A DNA stretch of 64,000 nucleotides from Vicugna vicugna (taxonomy: Eukaryota). Each line of letters opens with the position of its first letter. Within the stretch, counting starts at the first letter, position 1. The notes under the pieces were generated by a model that had not been told where the DNA came from, searched no databases, and saw nothing but the letters and a program-made list of their open reading frames with translations. Below are positions 38,322-47,600 of this stretch, one piece after another. Location: assembly GCA_013265495.1 (NCBI GenBank), contig MU058233.1, forward strand, positions 469,038 through 533,037, in the 5' to 3' direction. The translations under genes and the position numbers were made by a program.

Positions 38322-39653
38322 GTGTGCTCCCCAGAAGGGGGGCCGCTCCCAGCCAACCACTGGGACCAGAACAGCCCGGCCCAGCACCAGCAGCAGCTCC
38401 AGCCCAGCCAGCCCCAGGGGTCACTCCCAGCCCCGTGTCAGCGCTGCCAGCCCTGTGGGGCTCTCCCGGACCCTGGGCAGCCCTGCCAGCCCCAGCGGCC
38501 ACTCTCGGGTCAGCGCAGCTGGCCCCAGCGGTCACTTCCAGGCCCAAGACGGCCCTGCCAGCCCCGGCGGTCACTTCTGGGCCCAGGTCAGCCATGCCGG
38601 CCCCAGCAGCTGCTTCCAGCCCCAGATCAGCACTGCCGGCCCCAGCGGTCACTCCTGGCTCAGCCCCACCAGCCACGTTGGGCACTGCTAGCCCCCAGGC
38701 AGCGTTGCCGGCGCCTGCGCTCCCTCCTGGCCCCGTGGCAGCGCTGCCGGCCCCTGCGGTCCATCCTGGCCCCCTGTCACCTCTGTCGGCCCCTGCGGTC
38801 TATCCTGGCCCCATGGCACCGCTGCCGGCCCCTGCGGTCCATCCTGGCCCCGTGCCACCTGTGTCGGTCCCTGCTGGCCCTCTGGCACCGCTACTGGCCC
38901 ACGCGATCATGGATGGCCCCACGTCTCCGCAGCCAGCCCAGCAGGGCATCCTCGGGGCAGCGGTACCGGCCCCTTCGGTCACTGCTAGCCCAGTGCCAGC
39001 GGTGCCAGCCCCCACAGTCACTCCTCATGCTGCGTCCACGTCGCCGGCCCACCAGCTCACTCTCAGGCCAGTGCTGCTGCCCCCGGCGAGCATCCCTAGC
39101 CCTGGGCCAACCCCGAAGGTCCCTCCTGGGCCAGCCCAGCCGCCCTCGGCGGTCGCTGCTGGGCCTCAGTCAGCCCCAGCAATTAGTTGAAGCCCCAGAG
39201 CAGCCTGGCCCCACCAAGTCTTCGCTGCTGGGCCCCGGACAGCCGTGCCAACAAAAGCGGCCACTCATGGACCCAGAACAGCCTCACCCACCCAAGCGGC
39301 CACTCCTGGGCCCAGAGCAGCCGTGCCGACGAAAGCGGCCACTTATGGGCCCGAAACAGCCCTGCCAGCCCCTGCGGTCACTTCTTGGCCCAAGCCAGCC
39401 CTGCAAGCCCCAGCCATTACTCCCCATACCCGAGCGCCCGTCACTCCTGGGCCGGCCAGCCCCACCCCGCAGGCCTCTCCTGGGGCCCCCAAGCCCGCCA
39501 CGGCAGTCCCTGCTGGACCTGGTTCGGGCCCATCAGCCCCAGCTCTCACTCTTGGCCCTGGGCCAACCCTGCCGGCCCCTGAGGTCACGACGGACTCGAT
39601 CCTCTGCCCCTGCAGTGGCCCGCCAGGCCCCGTCTGTGAGCCCCGGAGCCTGA
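38322..39653 (+). CDS. FBRSL1: Putative alternative terminal exon 3 of a short N-terminal FBRSL1 isoform (443 aa + stop; Pro/Gln/Arg/Cys-rich 13-aa repeats)
   Basis: Pyrimidine tract and acceptor gtgctctttcttccatgcag|GTG TGC TCC, phase 0 and compatible with exon 2. It is the 3' part of track ORF 37914-39653, open to TGA at 39651-39653. Human FBRSL1 is recalled to have short isoforms using an alternative stop-containing exon 3. Confidence 0.75.
   Translation: MCSPEGGPLPANHWDQNSPAQHQQQLQPSQPQGSLPAPCQRCQPCGALPDPGQPCQPQRPLSGQRSWPQRSLPGPRRPCQPRRSLLGPGQPCRPQQLLPAPDQHCRPQRSLLAQPHQPRWALLAPRQRCRRLRSLLAPWQRCRPLRSILAPCHLCRPLRSILAPWHRCRPLRSILAPCHLCRSLLALWHRYWPTRSWMAPRLRSQPSRASSGQRYRPLRSLLAQCQRCQPPQSLLMLRPRRRPTSSLSGQCCCPRRASLALGQPRRSLLGQPSRPRRSLLGLSQPQQLVEAPEQPGPTKSSLLGPGQPCQQKRPLMDPEQPHPPKRPLLGPEQPCRRKRPLMGPKQPCQPLRSLLGPSQPCKPQPLLPIPERPSLLGRPAPPRRPLLGPPSPPRQSLLDLVRAHQPQLSLLALGQPCRPLRSRRTRSSAPAVARQAPSVSPGA
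38390..39590 (+). repeat. Degenerate 39-nt coding minisatellite (~30 units)
   Basis: Unit resembles CTGCCGGCCCCTGCGGTCCATCCTGGCCCCGTGGCAGCG. Near-identical copies at ~38740-38880, more diverged copies on both sides. Translates as PC(R/Q)P(L/Q)R(S/P)LL(G/A)PxQ. Confidence 0.88.
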
Positions 39654-40883
39654 CACCCATTTTGGCAGACCACCGCAGGTGTGGCTGTGCAGGGCGGGGC
39701 CGAGGCCCCTCACCCTGCCACCTGAGATGCGCTGTCAGACTGGCCGGAGGCCTTCTCCAAGCAGGCCGGGCTGTTGGCAGTTGGAAGCTGAGGCTCAGCA
39801 GAGGCAGGAGCCCCCTGCAGGGCTGCCACCAAGCTGAGGCCTGCCCACGCCAGGAAGAGAGGAGAGGACCCGCAGCGGCTTCCCACCTCCCCGCCACGGC
39901 ACCCCCGCCGTGCCCACTGCTTTGTGACGCGCATGCCCCGGGGAGAGGGGACACAGCCACCCCCTGAGGCTCAGACTTGGGGGGGCCCTCAGCATCTCTC
40001 TGTGCCTCTGAGGTGCCCACGTACACCTGTCCCAGCTGCGCTGAGTGCGAGTTTGTGTGTGAACGTATGTGGCATGTGGTCTGGAGTGTGTGCGTGTACG
40101 TTGGAGGGGAGCCTTGCCCTCCTTGGGCCCTACTCAGTCCCCCACCGGCAGGATGTAGGCACAGCTGGAGCGGGGCCTCAGGTCCCGCTTACCTTCCCTC
40201 AGGCAGAGGGTGATGTGTGTCCACCTCCAGGGCCCTGTGGCGGGGGAGGGGGCGTGAGGGGCGCTTAGGGCCGTCTGTGGTTGAGTCTGAACTGCTGGTG
40301 ACGAGGAGGGTCTCCCTCAGGACTCTGCCTCCACCCCAGAGGCTGAGCGCTGAAGTGGGGGGCAGAGTCTCACGTCCCCCCTAGCTTTGGACCAAGAGAG
40401 CCTGCAGGACCCGAGGCCATTCTCAGAATGTCCCCTTCCTACAGCTTTCCCACTGCTGGCCCCCTATGATGTCCCCTGTTGGGACACACCCCGCACTGCA
40501 GGGCTTTCTCTGCCCCACCCACCTCACACCTGTGCTCAAGGTCACCCATCCCTCGCCCCAGGCCTCTGACTCAGGGCAGCCCCACACCAGTGCTCCTGGA
40601 GCCCCGGGCACGTGGTGGGCAAGCAGCACCGGCCACAGGGGGCGCCCTGGCCAGGCTCCCAGTCAGCGCTTTGTGCGCCTAGTCTCACGGAGCCATGACA
40701 GCCACCTCCGGTACTGGCCCGGTTCGTGGAGGCCACAGAGGGGCCCCTCTGTTTCTGGGTCCAGGCCTTCCTCCCTGGCCTCCCGGGGTCCTGACGAGCC
40801 AGACGTGGTGTCTGCCCCGTAGCCTGGCACCCAGAGCAGGGCCCCAAGGTCTCCCTCCCAGAAACGTGGGGCTTATTTTTCTG

Positions 40884-40898
40884 ATTAAAGGAAATAAA
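40884..40898 (+). terminator. Candidate intronic poly(A) signal (ATTAAA + AATAAA) for the short isoform
   Basis: ATTAAA at 40884-40889 and AATAAA at 40893-40898, followed by a T/GT-rich stretch, ~1.24 kb after the alternative exon's stop codon. Confidence 0.5.
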
Positions 40899-43204
40899 AA
40901 GTGCTGTGCCATTATTTTTATAACAGCATCAGTGTTTGTAATTTAACAGACAAGCATGTGCCGTGCGGGAAATGGTTTATTCCGACAGGTGGTTCTCTGC
41001 ACATCTGTGCTTGCCTCTCGCTCGTGACGTCCTGGCTGAGCCGCAGGAGAGCGGCCCAGGGAGGGGGGCGTGCAGCCTGGACACAGCTTGCTGCATTATG
41101 CAGCTTGGGGGGATTCCAGCGTGCCATGATTGCCCTCCAGGCCACCCTGGCAGCCCCCTTGCTGGGCTGGCTCCTCCCATCCTGTTTCTCGGAGCCCTCG
41201 CTCGGGAAGGGATTTTTTCCTAGATGCCCCTGAAGGTGCCTCTGAGGTCTTGTCATTGACCCCTCGAGTTCCCACTGTCCCCTTGTCATGCCCTGAGGAT
41301 GGTGAGGCTTCAGGCGCCCCTCCTTCCCACTCCCCTGGAATCCTCCCCACCTGAGGGGCAGTGTGGGCACCTGTGCCCCGTGGGCCCCGTGCGTGCTCAT
41401 GTCTGGGTTGGTCACAGGCGGGCCAGGCCTGCACAGCGTAGCCACTGCCTTCCAAGGCCTTTCTGCTCAGGGAGTGTTGGCTGCAGTGCTTGGTTGCCAC
41501 TTAAGGGGGAAGACAGAACTGTTGGGCACCAGCGCTAATGGCAGGAGAGAGCAGAGGCCACAGCCCCCTGGGCTGAGCGCACAGGGTGCCCGCAGCCAAG
41601 GTCTGGGGCTGCCCTACTTATCCATCCAGAAGGGCCCCACCCTGGGTGACCCCTAGGGTGAGTAGGGGTGGGGCCTATTCCCTGCACAATCACTTGCTGA
41701 AGAAGGAGCTTGGGTTCCTCTGAGCCCAGAGAAGCCCACCGAGCCCTGTGCGTGACTTCCACCCTCACCATGGCTGGCCTCAGGTTCAAAGTGCCAGGAC
41801 CCTGAGGGGCGGGCACTCCTGCGAGGCACCCGCTGGCCGTGTCAGGGACTAGAGGACATGTGTCGTGCGTGTCCTGGGGGCTCGTGTTGCCGTAGGTCCT
41901 GTGTGGCCAGGTCTTCATGTTTCTGAGAGCAACTGGAAACCTGGGTTTTTTTGTGGGGTCATTGATTTTTGAAACATTGGTGGCTAATTCTAATTTGATG
42001 ACTCACCTTGTAGGCAGAGAACACAGGTATGTGGGCTCTGTGTGTCCCAGCGGCACAGGTTTGGACCCTGATGACTGATCTGGCCCCGAGGCCAGGAGTG
42101 TGGGGTGTGGCCCACCCTGCCACAGAGAGAGTTGGGCAGCCCTGCCTGATGGGTGGAGGTCTGGAGGAGGCCCCACGCTGCCCCAGGGACCCCAAGGATG
42201 GAGACCGCAGCCTGGGCACAGTGCTCTCCTGGGGCCTCTCCTCCTCTGAGCCCTGCAGCCGCCTTCCCCTCTGCAGTCCAGGCTGTAGGCAGGGGGCTCG
42301 CACCTTCTGTAGAAGAGCCCCCGCTAGGCCCGTGAGGAGCGAGGGCAGTGGTTGTGGTCTGCTGTCGGGTGGAGGCGTAACCAGGTTGCTCCCTGCAGAA
42401 GCAGCACTGACAGGGCATGCTGCAGGTGCCTACTAAGGAGAGTCCCTTGGGATCCCCCCAGAGGGTGGCAGGGCGGCCCCAGGAGGGGAGGGGTGGGAGC
42501 ATGGGTGACCCTGATGGGTCAGTGGGCTCCCAGTCCTTGAAGGGGGTCTGCACGCCCGACCAGCGTCCACCTGGCAGTTCCCTGGGGACGATCGCGTGTG
42601 GAGGTGCTCCCCAGTGAGTGCCTGGTCACTCACTCCCAAAGGTTCTGCGCCTTCACGTTGGCGACGCCGTGGTGGGAACTTGAATGGCGCTGGGCTGCGC
42701 CCTGCCTGGAGCGTCCCCCTGCCCCGTGGAGCCTGTGCTCTGGCAGATACAGAACGTGAGCCAGGGCCTCAGCACGTCAGAAGGGGCAGGCGTGCGTCGG
42801 TCTGTACTGGCGTTTGGCTGGGCAGAGACGCTGGCCAGCCCTCCTCCCCGAGCCGGAGGCTGCACTGACTGCGAGATATCCCCAGCAGCTCGCCAAAGCA
42901 GGGTCGGGGGTGCTGGCCGTAAGGAAGACAGTGTCCGCGTCCAGCGACCCACCCTTGCCTGGAAGACTTGGCAAGAAGCCTGTCCCAGGGCTGGGATTTG
43001 GGGGACCTGAGACTTCGGGGGCCACCACCCAACCCCCTGGGGGGATCCCAGAGGCCTTGTTAAAGGCAGGTTCTGACCCTGCAGGGAAGCTCAGAGCAGC
43101 GACCCTTATGGGAGCTACATCCAGAATCGTAAATGTTCCAGTAGCCACATTAAAAACATGAAAAGAAGAGACGAAAGTAACCCTAGTACATTTTGATCCA
43201 TACG

Positions 43205-43349
43205 CCGTAAGCTCTGTGCATCTGCAGATGCCGAGGGCTGACCGTGCTACGTCCTTTAATATAAGAGACTTGAGCATCCCACATCCGTGGGTTTTGGTAT
43301 CTGCAGGGGGGTCCTGGAACCAATCCTCCACGGATACTGAGGGACAACC
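43205..43349. mobile_element. MER2 (Tigger/TcMar MITE) fragment
   Basis: taagagacttgagcatcc...ttttggtatctgcaggggggtcctggaaccaatcctccacggatactgagggacaac matches the MER2 terminus and TIR. Confidence 0.8.
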
Positions 43350-43869
43350 ATATCCTAAATCCTACTGTTTCAGTACGTAGTCAGTATGAAAATTATCAAT
43401 AGGATATTTGACTTTATTTTTGTCCCAAGTCTTGGAAAGGCAGCGTGTATCTTACTCAGCCCTTCTCAGTTGAAACTGGCCCAGTGTGGCTCAGAGTGGG
43501 CAGGGTGGGGAGGGTCCAGGCAGAGGTGCCCTTTCTCGAGTTCCCTTTCTCCTCACACGTGCTGCCTTCATTGGTGTTCTCCTTCTCTGGCTCGGCCCGC
43601 CCTGTGGTTTGAACCCCAAACACGTGACAGCCCAGGGCCCCCGCTCTGGGCTGCAGGCCTGTGTATCCAGATGCTCCACTCGGATGCCACAGCGCCTCCC
43701 CGAGCGTGAACACGCCAGAACACATGAGCTCCACCCTTCCCCTCATCTCAGCGATGAGCCTTGCGTCTGCCCCAGTGATCAGACCAGAAGCAGGAGTCCC
43801 CTCCCACACTCTCTCCGACCCAGGCCAGCCCTTTGCTTCCACCTCCTAAGTGTCCCTCTGAATAGGGTT

Positions 43870-44390
43870 TCGTTAGAAAATAATTCAAGGCAAATGAAAA
43901 CAAAAATTCATCAGAATGTGCAGGGTGCGGCTAAAGCTGTGTCCGCAGTAAGACCGCCAGCTTCAGGGCTCGTGTTGGAAAAGACTGTGGGTTCAAGATC
44001 CATGACCTTAAGAACCTGGGAAAAGAAGAGGCATCCCAAAGGAGAAAGGAGGAGACGCAGATGAGGGAAGTCGGTGAACAGGAAGCAAACAATCGGTGGA
44101 CGCAGGCAGAAGCGGTTTCCCGGAAAGCATCAACAGAACTGGGGAATCCCTGGTTAGGAAGCTCCCCCTCAAAGAGCAGATCACCAGGGCTGGAGGCGGA
44201 AGAGGAGATACCACGGCAGGGGCCCCAACATTGAAGGATGGGACGGAGACAGTTTCACTCCAGTAATTGAACAACTCAGGTGAGATGAACACATTTTTTG
44301 AAGATTACAATTTACCAAAACTGACTTAAGATGAAATGGATGCTCTGAATAGTCCTGTGTCTGTTAAAGAAACTGTATTTGTCATCTGGA
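43870..44390 (+). mobile_element. Degenerate L1M ORF2 fragment
   Basis: aaatgaaaacaaaaattcatcagaatgtgcagggtgcggctaaagctgtg and gatgaaatgga/aatttaccaaaactgac...ctgaatagtcct match old L1 ORF2 consensus pieces; A-rich, no intact frame. Confidence 0.7.
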
Positions 44391-44504
44391 TGTCCGTGCC
44401 TCCCCATCACTGCCAGCCCACCACCATCTTAGCAGCTGAGAGAAGGTGACCTTATCCAGCGTTTGGGCACTGTCCCTGGGGGTAACGGAGCAACTCACTT
44501 AACC

Positions 44505-44695
44505 GGACCACACCCTGTTATGACCATTTTTCAGATGAGGATACTGAAGCGAAAAAGAAGAAGGAAAAACAAAGCAAAACAAAAAAAATCCAAACGAAGA
44601 AGCATTTAAGTAACTTGCCCAAAACAAGCAGGAAAAGTGGCTGAGTCAGGAATCAAACCAGGATCGGCTCCAGAATCCACGCCCTTGACCCTGAC
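44505..44695 (-). mobile_element. MIR SINE interrupted by an A-rich stretch
   Basis: ccatttttcagatgaggatactgaagc ... ttaagtaacttgcccaa...ggaatcaaaccagg. Confidence 0.7.
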
Positions 44696-47600
44696 CTTTT
44701 CCTGGAATGCAGCAGCCGCAGCCTCAGCAACTACTGGCCTCCTCCTGTCTCCCTGCCCCTGCCCGTCTGCAGCAGCCACGTTTCCTCTGAGGAGCCCATT
44801 TGAGCACGCCCTTGCCTTGATATTCCTCCCTGAGGGCTTTTGGGGTTAGTGAGTGAAAGTCAGAACCACGCTGGTCCCGTGGAGCTGGCACAGCAGTCTG
44901 GCTCCTGCTGCGGTGATGGGTGCTCCCACCTCCCCCACTCTAGGCCTGGGCTGTAGCTTGAGGAGCAGCCGCCTGGGGCTCCCCTGGGTGGCTCTGCAGT
45001 CCTCACCGGCGTGTGGGCCACACACACGGAGCCAGGGCCACGGCTTGGCCACTTGGTCGCCTCAGGCCAGTGACTGCTCCCTTCTGGGCCTGTATCCTCC
45101 TCATTGGGGCTGTCCAGACCACATGCGTCTCAGGTTGTCGAGATGGGAAACTGAGCTGGCGTGCGCTGTCCCTGCTGGATGCGCGTAACACACACGGATC
45201 CGCTGCCGTTAATGCGATGACTGCTCTATCATTCATTACTGTGGGATGGTTTCTCCCGCCTCTGGGGTGAGACCTGGCCGGCGAGGCTGGCTCATCTTCG
45301 GCCTCTTTGGCAGGCTCACCTGGTCCCCTCGGGGTGGCCATCCTGGAAGGGCCTGTGGGGAGAGCCTTGGGCGCCTGTGCCTGGGGCCGTGGAGTCCCAG
45401 GGGGTGAAAGCGAGGCTGCCCTCAACCCCTGAGCACCCGCCCCCGGCACGGCCCTCCTGTGAACCGAGCATCGTGGGGGCCTTGCTGGCAGGCTCTGCTG
45501 GGAGGATGGTGGCGGAGGGTGGGCGCCCGGGGTGTCCCCTCCCCCCGCCTGCTGCCAGGTCACAGCCTCAGTGGGAAGGGAGGGCTCGCCATCAGCATGT
45601 GCTTCTGTGGGCTTGGTGGTCAGTTCCTGTGTGGGCCCCGGGATGCCACGGTGACTGAGACAGGTGACAGCCCCTGCCTTCATGAAGCTTCGATTCCAGA
45701 CAGGCATGAAACGAATCGGGGGGTTTTGAGGTGATAGCCGGCCTGCCTGGGAATGGAAAGGAGGCAGCTTTAGACCAGGGGACTGGGGAGGCCTCTTCCA
45801 GCAGGTGACCAAAGCTGAGGCCCGAGTGAGCAGGAGACACCTGGCCAGTGCCCCCTAGGCGAGCATGGACATCTCTGTTCTGCAGGGGGGCAGCTGGGGA
45901 GTTTTAATCAGCACAGTGACATGAGTTATGGTTTTAAAAACTCACCCTTGGGGGAGCTGGGCAGCTGTGGGATTGACTGGGGGACTGTTGCAGCCGGAGG
46001 GCGGGGCATGTGGCTTGAATCAAGTCGTTAGTCCTTTGGGCAGATGGGGACAGCGATGAAGCCCAGAGGACCTGCCCCTGCTCTGGAGGCACATGTACCA
46101 GAGCCCACTGACCACTGTGGGGCAAGACACGGCTGCCTCACCCCTGTCCATCCGGCAAGAGGGACCACACTCAGGCCCAGGCAGGGCGCCGCAGACACTC
46201 ACGGGCACTTGGTCACATACAGCTTGTGTCGCCTGGGGCCTGCTGGCCATGCGTCTCCTGGGACGGTGGCCTCCACTCAGCCAGCATCCTCTGTGAATCT
46301 GTTTAACACCTCCATTCCCCCATCTGTGCCTCATCTCCCACTCACCCGTCTGTCCATCTGTCCACCCACCCGAGTCCCAGGGGAGGAATGTGGAGCAGTG
46401 CGGGGTGGCCAGCCCCAGAGGGCAGCAAGCATTCTCCCTGGCTCCGCTGGCTGTGGGAACATGCGGTCACCGCCTCGCACTGCTGGAGCCCCTCCTCCCT
46501 GTGCCAGGCCCAGCGCGCCACGTGAAGGGGACAAAGGACTGCTCCTTTGGGCATTCGCAGCCTATTACAAGGAGAGGGACACCCAGCCAGCGACCCTGCC
46601 TCGCTCTGAGAGGGACCCCTGGGGCCACAGGGCCCTGAGGGGCCTTTCCCCAGCCTGGCTGACGGAGGCGTAGAGGGAGAGTCGGGAGGAGTTCCAGGAA
46701 GAGGCAGGGCCCGCCCAGAGCCTGGGTAGGCATTAGCTAACCCAGAGAGAGGGAGCACCAGGGTGTCCTTACAGCCGACACCCTGGCTCTGGCGCCTCGA
46801 CCCCACTTGCAGCCCCGAGAGCCCCTCCCGCCTCCCTCCCGCGGGCACACGGCGGCTGCAGTACCACACTTCACCAGCAGGCGCTGCTGTCATTGGATGA
46901 CGCGGTGTCCGAGTGACCTGGAGGTGGTGGGTGGCGTGCACACAGAGGAGAGGCTGCAGGCTTGTGGGGTGGGGAGCAGGGCCTGGCCTTCCCTGCGCAC
47001 CCCAGCATCTCATCCTTCCACCAGCCCCACTCACGGGTGTGTTTACATGGTCTGCGTGAAGTGTCCCCTCCCTGGCCGGCCTTGCTCTGTGGCCCTGCCC
47101 TGAAGTCCACACCTCCCCGAGGCAGCTCCTGCCCAGGTTCCCACAGAACTGGAGGCACAGCACAGACCTCTGCCAGACACAGGTGTGGGCACCGAACTTG
47201 GAGGGCTGGGGCGCACTGAACAGAATAAAGTGTATGACACCCTCACTGCTGTTACATGCTGGGGGTGGAGGGAGGTCACCCCGGGCCGAGTGCTGCTGGG
47301 TAGGGCAAGGGTGCAGGTTCAGTGGGGTTGGGAGGCCCCACTGAGCACCAGGGACCCGAGTGCCTCTTGACAGTGGAAAAAGCAAGCATGTGGGGTCCGG
47401 CAGACACCCAGGCCTGGGGACACAGAAGGGGCTTCCCGAGCAGAGCTGGGGGTTTACAGCCCTGGGGCAGTGAGGTACCAGGTGTGACGGAGGGGGCAGG
47501 GAGTGGGACGCCCAGGGAGAAGGGGGCCCCCACCCCTGGCACAGCGCAGGCCCCAGACCCTGCACTGTGAGAGCTTCAGGTGGACAGGACAGGCCATCAC

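Noticed and set aside
38322-39653. FtsK/DNA translocase domain in the alternative exon (recalled as predicted for the human short isoform)
   Set aside because: No Walker A/B or RecA-fold sequence is visible. Pro/Gln-rich repeats commonly hit the low-complexity linker of FtsK profiles, so such a match would probably be compositional.
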